A DNA stretch of 5,232 nucleotides, taken from the IMG/VR virus record IMGVR_UViG_2690316188_000006; one strand, written 5' to 3'. Of the stretch, positions 1 through 4,809 are shown piece by piece. The DNA comes from a virus. Lineage: Duplodnaviria; Heunggongvirae; Uroviricota; Caudoviricetes. Made by a program: the position numbers and the translations under genes. How positions within the stretch are numbered: the stretch's first letter is position 1; every line of letters starts with the position of its first letter. The notes beneath the pieces were generated by a model. The model saw only the letters and a program-made list of their open reading frames with translations, was not told where the DNA came from and searched no databases.

Positions 1-135
1 TGCCTGGTGCCTCCAGGTGACGTTAACCAGTTAACAATTAACGCCGGATACAGAGAATCCACCCATAACACTGTTTTTGGTTTTAACTGTTCCGCGTGCG
101 CTCAGCCGCATTCACCACATCACAAAATTCACTTT

Positions 136-193
136 AAAAAGGGCGGCAGAGCAGTCACGGAGTAAAACTGATACCGCCAAACGTCACCAGAAA
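136..193 (-). ncRNA. dicF: DicF antisense sRNA of the dicB-type operon, including its 3' intrinsic terminator
   Basis: Reverse complement of 136-193 reads TTTCTGGTGACGTTTGGCGGTATCAGTTTTACTCCGTGACTGCTCTGCCGCCCTTTTT, which matches DicF as I recall it and ends in GC-rich sequence plus a T5 run. It sits downstream of ydfC-like genes on the same strand, as in Qin. Ends are approximate. Confidence 0.7.
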
Positions 194-316
194 ATTGATA
201 ACAGAGGGCGTTGCAGCGGGGTTGTCACTTAAGCGTATGGTCAACCTGACAACCCGGTGTCCTCAACGGGGGAAGGAATAACCCCGCCATACTTACCGCC
301 GCGCCATTTCGCGGAT

Positions 317-506
317 TGCCACAACCGGAAGCGCACGGTCGACGAAAATTTAACGACAGGCTATCTATGAACCAGCTACCTCGCCGTGCGCTTTCGCGTT
401 ATGGTCTGACTTTTCATGGAAATATCCTTTCAGTAAACTGTCAGTGCCGGATGCTCACCCGTGTCCGGCGCACGCACTCCACCTCACCCGTGGAGAACTC
501 CTTAAT
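317..506. repeat. 190-bp duplicated element, copy R1 (ydfC-dicF intergenic region; putative structured processing region of the DicF precursor)
   Basis: Direct nucleotide comparison: 317-506 equals 1205-1394 except one base (417 T vs 1305 G). Contains a perfect 10-bp inverted repeat (R1 329-338 / 384-393) and a GCCGGA...TCCGGC hairpin. Confidence 0.85.
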
Positions 507-534
507 TACTAACCTTAGCTTTGTTGATTAGCTA

Positions 535-753
535 CTAACGCGGGTATGTAATCATTCTGGCAATGCTTAATGCCGCTGCTTTTTCCAGCCTGGTGATATC
601 CTGCTCCAGAGCGGACAGATTTTCAGCCTGCTTAGCTCTGGCTTCATTGGCCCATTTCAGATCCTGCGCTGCATTAATTTTCTGGTGCATCCACTCATAA
701 AGTTCATCATCGGTATAGTCTGGCGCGATGATGACGGGTTCTCGTTTCTGCAT
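535..753 (-). CDS. ydfC: YdfC-like small prophage protein (72 aa)
   Basis: ORF with GAGGAA 5 nt upstream of ATG at 753. Length and position (third gene of a three-gene cluster upstream of dicF) match Qin ydfC. Name from memory. Confidence 0.75.
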   Translation of the reverse strand: MQKREPVIIAPDYTDDELYEWMHQKINAAQDLKWANEARAKQAENLSALEQDITRLEKAAALSIARMITYPR

Positions 754-782
754 ACTGATTCCTCGCGGTGCTGTTTCGCTTA

Positions 783-911
783 TCAGCCGTTAGATTTTGC
801 CGAACTGGAAAGCGCCTGTTTAAATTCGTTGAAGCTGAGAGCTTCTTCGCCTTCGGCAAGACCTTCGAAGTATTCTTCGTAAGCCTTTTCCATGATTGTG
901 TCGAAATCCAT
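783..911 (-). CDS. ydfB: YdfB-like small acidic protein (42 aa, MDFDTIMEKAYEEYFEGLAEGEEALSFNEFKQALSSSAKSNG)
   Basis: Not in the ORF track (too short). I translated it by hand: ATG at 911-909 preceded by AGGTGAGTG, stop TGA at 785-783. Its start lies 2 nt past the ydfA stop (tight coupling). 42 aa equals the length of K-12 YdfB. Confidence 0.6.
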   Translation of the reverse strand: MDFDTIMEKAYEEYFEGLAEGEEALSFNEFKQALSSSAKSNG

Positions 912-912
912 A

Positions 913-1068
913 TCACTCACCTGAGTTTCTTTCCAGCCAGCGACGGGCACCATTTTCGGTTTTAAACGTTTTGCTTTTGGTATACGTCATCGCGGTGAAC
1001 GTACCGTCCTGGTTGGGAAACACGCCGTACACCAGAGATTCGTTGTTGCCAAGATCGATAGTATCCAT
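913..1068 (-). CDS. ydfA: YdfA-like (DUF1391-type) small prophage protein, 51 aa from the internal ATG; the in-frame ORF extends to 1149 (78 aa)
   Basis: Internal ATG at 1068-1066 has GAGG 5 nt upstream, and the 51-aa product matches K-12 YdfA length. The upstream ATG at 1149 has GAGG at a 9-nt spacing. True start is uncertain. Confidence 0.7.
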   Translation of the reverse strand: MDTIDLGNNESLVYGVFPNQDGTFTAMTYTKSKTFKTENGARRWLERNSGE

Positions 1069-1204
1069 GTTGACCTCATTTCCCCTTAACGCCGGGGTAG
1101 CGGAACAAAAACCTGCTGCATAGTTATTAAAGTTGAACCCTGCCGTCATGTTCTTACGCCTCGGGCTGGCTACTTAACCCCTGACCACTGCCTGGTAACT
1201 CGAA

Positions 1205-1394
1205 TGCCACAACCGGAAGCGCACGGTCGACGAAAATTTAACGACAGGCTATCTATGAACCAGCTACCTCGCCGTGCGCTTTCGCGTTATGGTCTGACTT
1301 TTCAGGGAAATATCCTTTCAGTAAACTGTCAGTGCCGGATGCTCACCCGTGTCCGGCGCACGCACTCCACCTCACCCGTGGAGAACTCCTTAAT
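1205..1394. repeat. 190-bp duplicated element, copy R2 (ectopic copy between orf92 and ydfA)
   Basis: 189/190 identical to R1. Left edge abuts the 134-bp ydfA leader identity block at 1204/1205. To the right, similarity to the R1 flank decays gradually over about 15 bp. Confidence 0.85.
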
Positions 1395-1416
1395 CACCAA
1401 CCCTCAGGAGGGTGAA

Positions 1417-1692
1417 ATGTCGACTGAAAATGATGAAATCATTAACTCCCTGATACGCCAGATTAATAATTTTGATAAAGCATTGCAACATGCTGCGGCG
1501 CGTAGTGATATAACTCTTTTAGCAATTTCATTTCTTGCATCTGTTATGGATAAAAATGAAGTCGTACGACAGAGTCTTGTTGATTATATCGACTCGCTTC
1601 AACCCGGCACTTTCAATCATGAGAGCTTCAATCATGAGAAAGAGCATGTTAAGTCTGTAATTAATTCTCTTATTTTGAATCAAAAGAATTAA
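1417..1692 (+). CDS. Hypothetical protein orf92 (92 aa), unknown function
   Basis: ATG at 1417 with AGGAGG 5 nt upstream, stop TAA at 1690-1692. AT-rich relative to neighbours. Predicted helical with no obvious transmembrane segment. The ORF-track entry 1204-1692 is the same frame extended upstream through R2. Confidence 0.55.
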   Translation: MSTENDEIINSLIRQINNFDKALQHAAARSDITLLAISFLASVMDKNEVVRQSLVDYIDSLQPGTFNHESFNHEKEHVKSVINSLILNQKN

Positions 1693-1990
1693 TGCTTTTT
1701 GTTGCAAAGTAATTTTCAAGGGGTTCTATTCGAATCCCTTTCTTTTTCATTAACAAGCCAAACCCCTTATCAATGATGTCCATTAGATCCAGGAAGTATT
1801 TTTCATGTAAATCCTGGTTATCAGAGAGCTGCTTCTCTTCGTACAGCCCGATAAAGGCTCGGCGTACGTTACCGGATATATTGTCGATGGTTTCTTTTTC
1901 TACGGTACTCAGGTCAAGAGTCGCCAGTTGAGAGCGAACCACATTCGATGCCATTTCCTGGAATGGTACTGGTAAATCTTTAAATTCCAT
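1670..1990 (-). CDS. Hypothetical protein orf106 (106 aa; 110 aa if started at ATG 2002), unknown function
   Basis: ATG at 1990 with GAGG 7 nt upstream. The alternative ATG at 2002 overlaps the ydfA-copy-2 stop (TGATG). Stop at 1672-1670. Its 3' end overlaps orf92 by 23 bp (1670-1692), convergently. Confidence 0.6.
   Translation of the reverse strand: MEFKDLPVPFQEMASNVVRSQLATLDLSTVEKETIDNISGNVRRAFIGLYEEKQLSDNQDLHEKYFLDLMDIIDKGFGLLMKKKGIRIEPLENYFATKSINSFDSK
1720..1747 (+). terminator. Putative intrinsic terminator for orf92
   Basis: GGGGTTC / GAATCCC 7-bp stem (one G-U pair) with 5-nt loop, followed by TTTCTTTTT, starting 28 nt after the orf92 stop. Lies inside the orf106 coding region on the other strand. 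Confidence 0.35.
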
Positions 1991-2001
1991 CGTCAACCTC
2001 A

Positions 2002-2154
2002 TCAGTCAGTGTTTCTGGTTAACCAGCGACGCGCGCCAGCTTCAGTTTTAAACGTTTTGCTTCTGGTATATGTCATCGCGGTAAACGTGCCGTCCTGGTT
2101 GGGAAACACGCCGCATACCAGAGATTCGTTGTTGCCAAGCTCGATAGTATCCAT
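2002..2154 (-). CDS. YdfA-like protein, second diverged copy (50 aa from the internal ATG; in-frame ORF extends to 2235, 77 aa)
   Basis: Paralog of the 913-1068 gene. The 5' 134 bp (2157-2290) is identical to 1071-1204, and divergence increases toward the 3' end. Same RBS arrangement as copy 1. Confidence 0.7.
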   Translation of the reverse strand: MDTIELGNNESLVCGVFPNQDGTFTAMTYTRSKTFKTEAGARRWLTRNTD

Positions 2155-2332
2155 GCTGACCTCATTTCCCCTTAACGCCGGGGTAGCGGAACAAAAACCT
2201 GCTGCATAGTTATTAAAGTTGAACCCTGCCGTCATGTTCTTACGCCTCGGGCTGGCTACTTAACCCCTGACCACTGCCTGGTAACTCGAAGTATTGCCCT
2301 GCATTCTGTGGGGTGGGGTGGGTGGCAGGTAT

Positions 2333-2361
2333 ATAATGTACTTTGCGTTCATTGTTGTAAA
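2333..2361 (-). promoter_or_regulatory. Putative leftward early promoter (pL/dicBp analog) with operator-like GTAC inverted repeats
   Basis: On the minus strand: TTTACA (2361-2356), 17-nt spacer, CATTAT (2338-2333). Overlapped by GTACTTT..AAAGTAC inverted repeat (2338-2366) and ATGTAC motifs also found in the cI-cro intergenic region. Position is right for driving the leftward operon. Confidence 0.4.
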
Positions 2362-2451
2362 GTACTTTTAGTACATTCTGTGTGTAAAAAAATGAGATGG
2401 GATAAAGTGAAGCACAAACCCGGAGGAAGGCGCTACCGGATTTATGCTGGT

Positions 2452-2871
2452 TTAAGAGGCTTTTTGTTTTTTCTTTCGTGCTAACTCTTCGTAAATTGCA
2501 TTGTACTTCTGTTTTTTCTCTTCAAGAGTTTTTAAAAGTTCATCTGTCTCACTGTCAGGGAGCTCGTCCAGAAGGTCAATGATGATTTTTTGTCTTGGAT
2601 TTAACTCCTGATAGAAACGTACCTGTCCACTTTCTTCTGTATCCTCTCCCAAAAGATAGGTTGGTGTTGTTCCTATTAGTGTTGCTAATTCCCTTAATTT
2701 CTCCCGGCGAGGAATTGTTTCGCCATTAAACCATTTGCTAACCGCTTTTGGTGTTAATTTCATTCGACGGGCAATTTCTGCCTGCCTTCCATGTTGTTCA
2801 TAACCAGCATTTTCACAGGCTAGCGCAAGCCTACTGGCGAACTCTTTACGCGCTTTATCTTCATGAACCAT
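2452..2871 (-). CDS. Prophage repressor, XRE-family HTH (CI/DicA-like), 139 aa
   Basis: N-terminal HTH_XRE-like segment (QAEIARRMKLTPKAVSKWFNGETIP) and an acidic/helical C-terminal tail reminiscent of DicA. Divergent from the cro-like gene. No SD before ATG 2871 (leaderless-type start). Confidence 0.85.
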   Translation of the reverse strand: MVHEDKARKEFASRLALACENAGYEQHGRQAEIARRMKLTPKAVSKWFNGETIPRREKLRELATLIGTTPTYLLGEDTEESGQVRFYQELNPRQKIIIDLLDELPDSETDELLKTLEEKKQKYNAIYEELARKKKQKAS

Positions 2872-2950
2872 AAGTTCAATGATATTCGCTCTTGAATGTA
2901 CTGTCAGTTCTGTTATAGCATGTACTCAAAGTTCACATTGTGAGGGTGAT
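2872..2950. promoter_or_regulatory. Divergent overlapping promoter/operator region (pRM-like leftward, pR-like rightward)
   Basis: Minus strand: CTGACA (2907-2902), 17 nt, TATCAT (2884-2879), 7 nt, ATG, predicting a leaderless repressor mRNA. Plus strand: TTGAAT (2892-2897), 16 nt, extended -10 TGtTATAGC (2911-2919). ATGTACT repeats at 2896-2902 and 2920-2926; near-palindromes ACTGTCAGT (2900-2908) and CACATTGTG. Confidence 0.5.
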
Positions 2951-3205
2951 ATGAACCAGAAAACACTTGAAGATGTAATCAAAACTGTTCGCGTTGCTGT
3001 TGTGGCCGACGTTTGTGGTGTCAGCCAAAGAGCAATCTATAAATGGATGGATAACGGAAAATTGCCTCGCACAGAATATACCGGCGAAACAAATTACGCT
3101 GAAAAAATCGCTCTTGCATCAAACGGATTATTTTCTGCCGATGCAATTTTAACTATTGGCAGGAATAAAACTACTACGAAAAAGCTGATGGGAGTTGATT
3201 CATGA
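2951..3205 (+). CDS. Cro-like / YdaS-family HTH regulator (84 aa)
   Basis: ATG at 2951 with GAGGGTGAT upstream. HTH-like segment VADVCGVSQRAIYKWMDNGKLP. First rightward gene opposite the repressor. The longer ORF-track start (2879) lacks an RBS and would overlap the operators. Confidence 0.8.
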   Translation: MNQKTLEDVIKTVRVAVVADVCGVSQRAIYKWMDNGKLPRTEYTGETNYAEKIALASNGLFSADAILTIGRNKTTTKKLMGVDS

Positions 3206-3627
3206 AAATCAAGCATGAACACATCCGCATGGCGATGAATGCCTGGGCGCATCCGGACGGCGAAAAAGTACCGGCTGCGAAAATTACCAAAGCATATTTC
3301 GAGCTGGGAATGACGTTCCCGGAACTGTATGACGACAGCCATCCGGAAGCCCTGGCTCGCAATACTCAGAAAATTTTCCGCTGGGTGGAGAAAGACACCC
3401 CTGATGCGGTTAAAAAAATTCAGGCGTTGTTACCAGCTATCGAAAAAGCAATGCCACCTCTGCTGGTGGCCCGAATGCGCAGTCATAGCTCAGCCTATTT
3501 TCGGGAACTAGTGGAGACGCGGGAACGACTGGTGAGAGACGCTGATGATTTTGTCGCAGTGGCGATCGCTGGTTTCAACCAGATGAATCGTGGTGGCCCT
3601 GCAGGAAATATTGTGGCTGTGCATTGA
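3202..3627 (+). CDS. ydaT: YdaT-like protein (141 aa), proposed CII-analog regulator / formerly called a toxin
   Basis: Start MKIKHEHI... resembles Rac YdaT as I recall it. ATG 3202 overlaps the cro-like stop (ATGA, 4-bp overlap). Position is second gene of the rightward operon. Confidence 0.8.
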   Translation: MKIKHEHIRMAMNAWAHPDGEKVPAAKITKAYFELGMTFPELYDDSHPEALARNTQKIFRWVEKDTPDAVKKIQALLPAIEKAMPPLLVARMRSHSSAYFRELVETRERLVRDADDFVAVAIAGFNQMNRGGPAGNIVAVH

Positions 3628-3698
3628 CTCGCAATATTCATACCGGATCACTTCCGGCAATTTGTGAGTAAAAAGATTCGGTATCAAAAGAGGTGAGT

Positions 3699-4769
3699 AT
3701 GGCTAACGCCTGGCTCAGATTATGGCATGACATGCCAAATGACCCTAAGTGGCGAACAATTGCCAGGGTGTCAGGGCAGCCAATTGCAACAGTGATGGCA
3801 GTGTATATCCACCTCCTGGTGAGCGCGTCACGAAATGTCACGCGAGGTCACATTGATGTCACGACAGAAGATTTGGCAAGTGCGCTCGACGTGACAGAAG
3901 AGGTAATTGATTCAATTTTGCAGACGATGCAGGGGCGGGTACTTGATGGTGATTTAATCACTGGATGGGAAAAACGCCAGGTGCTTAAAGAGGACAACGG
4001 CAATATTTCGCAAACCGCAAAATCTCCTGCAGAGCGCAAGAGGGCGCAGCGAGAGAGGGAAAGAAAGCGGGAACAAAATGGCGATTGTCACGGCGCGTCA
4101 CGAAATGTCACGCACATGTCACGACGAGTCACGACAGATAAAGATACAGATAAAGATACAGATCAAGAAGATCAAAACACTATGGTCCATGGCGTAAAAA
4201 ACGCCACGAACCAGGCAGGGGATGTTCAGACCGTCAATCCTGGTCAGCCAGCAGGCACGACACCGGAAGCCGATTCAGCGTATGCGCTGAAAGCCGATTC
4301 GGGCGCTGTGCAGCAGGTGATGACCGCAAGGCCGGAGCAATCACACCAACTGCAGCAGCCCGAAGCCGATTCCGCCATTCAGCGGGAAGCCGATCGGGTA
4401 GTCCCGGAAAACACCGGTCAGTCTGTGGGACGAGTGGATTATCCGGATGTGTTCGAACAGGTCTGGCGGGAGTACCCGTTGCGTGCCGGAGCAAACCCGA
4501 AGAAATCCGCTTTCAGTGCCTGGAAGGCCAGATTACGCGAGGGGGTGCCACCAGAGGCCATGCTGGATGGCGTGAGGCGTTACGCAAGATACTTGGCGGC
4601 TACCGGGAAAGCGGGAACGGAATTTGTTCAGCGAGCGACGACGTTTTTTGGACCGGACCGGAATTTTGAGAACCCCTGGTTTCTCCCGGTAAGCGGCACG
4701 AACAACCAGCGTTGTGTGAATCATATTACTGAACCGGATAACGAAATTCCGCCGGGCTTCAGGGGGTAA
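3699..4769 (+). CDS. Phage replisome organizer / replication initiator (lambda O functional analog), 356 aa
   Basis: N-terminus AWLRLWHDMPNDPKWRTIARV... resembles the phage replisome-organizer N-terminal domain. Basic linker ERKRAQRERERKRE. Internal iteron arrays. AGAGG 5 nt before ATG 3699 (the track's GTG at 3693 is an alternative). Stop TAA at 4767-4769. Confidence 0.85.
   Translation: MANAWLRLWHDMPNDPKWRTIARVSGQPIATVMAVYIHLLVSASRNVTRGHIDVTTEDLASALDVTEEVIDSILQTMQGRVLDGDLITGWEKRQVLKEDNGNISQTAKSPAERKRAQRERERKREQNGDCHGASRNVTHMSRRVTTDKDTDKDTDQEDQNTMVHGVKNATNQAGDVQTVNPGQPAGTTPEADSAYALKADSGAVQQVMTARPEQSHQLQQPEADSAIQREADRVVPENTGQSVGRVDYPDVFEQVWREYPLRAGANPKKSAFSAWKARLREGVPPEAMLDGVRRYARYLAATGKAGTEFVQRATTFFGPDRNFENPWFLPVSGTNNQRCVNHITEPDNEIPPGFRG
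3825..3867. repeat. Iteron-like array 1: four GTCAC(G/A) repeats at 10-11 bp spacing inside the replication gene
   Basis: GTCACG at 3827, 3837, 3858 and GTCACA at 3847. 3823-3843 is a 21-bp exact copy of 4093-4113. Confidence 0.5.
4085..4174. other. Putative origin of replication: iteron array 2 (five GTCACG repeats, 10-11 bp period) followed by an AT-rich tract with a tandem 12-mer and two GATC sites
   Basis: GTCACG at 4087, 4097, 4107, 4118, 4128. Then GATAAAGATACA twice (4137-4160) and GATCAAGAAGATC. Lies in the linker region of the initiator gene, as lambda ori lies within O. Confidence 0.5.
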
Positions 4770-4809
4770 GTGTTAATTTCTGGTCATGAGGTAATTTTCA
4801 GGAGGGCTT

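Noticed and set aside
317-506. R element as a MITE or IS remnant
   Set aside because: No terminal inverted repeats, no target-site duplication, and the right boundary decays gradually like a recombination joint.
316-531. Plus-strand ORF through the R element (71 codons in R1; in R2 the same frame starts at an ATG formed at the 1204 junction and runs in-frame into orf92, giving 162 aa)
   Set aside because: No SD at either start; Arg-rich, odd composition; lies in a region better explained as a structured RNA. orf92 has its own strong SD at 1405-1410. Some doubt remains because the frame is open in both copies.
685-1123. Track ORFs 685-882 (+), 707-916 (-), 768-965 (+), 896-1123 (+)
   Set aside because: Shadow or alternative-frame ORFs overlapping ydfA/ydfB/ydfC. 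No RBS and implausible composition; the small hand-translated ydfB ORF explains this region better.
1528-1719. Minus-strand ORF 1528-1719 (63 aa)
   Set aside because: Antisense to orf92 in AT-rich DNA, no RBS; the in-phase neighbour orf106 (1670-1990) is the supported minus-strand gene.
2009-2209. Plus-strand ORF 2009-2209 (66 aa)
   Set aside because: Antisense shadow of ydfA copy 2; the same shadow ORF appears opposite copy 1.
2332-2337. Perfect TATAAT on the plus strand as a rightward promoter
   Set aside because: No acceptable -35 at 16-18 bp (G-tract instead), and it would fire antisense into the repressor 3' end; the same bases are better read as part of the leftward promoter/operator.
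2879-2950. Long form of the cro-like ORF starting at 2879
   Set aside because: It would start inside the operator/promoter region with no RBS; ATG 2951 with GAGGGTGAT upstream is the better start.
3094-3511. Track ORFs 3094-3342 (-), 3174-3362 (-), 3329-3511 (+)
   Set aside because: Embedded in or antisense to the cro-like and YdaT-like genes; no RBS.
3825-4133. Possible CRISPR array suggested by short periodic repeats
   Set aside because: Repeat cores are 6-7 bp at a 10-11 bp period with no spacers of CRISPR size; the pattern fits iterons inside a replication gene.
3638-4724. Minus-strand ORFs 3638-3841, 3848-4039, 4234-4494, 4533-4724
   Set aside because: Antisense within the replication initiator gene, partly in its GC-rich half where spurious open frames are expected; no RBS.
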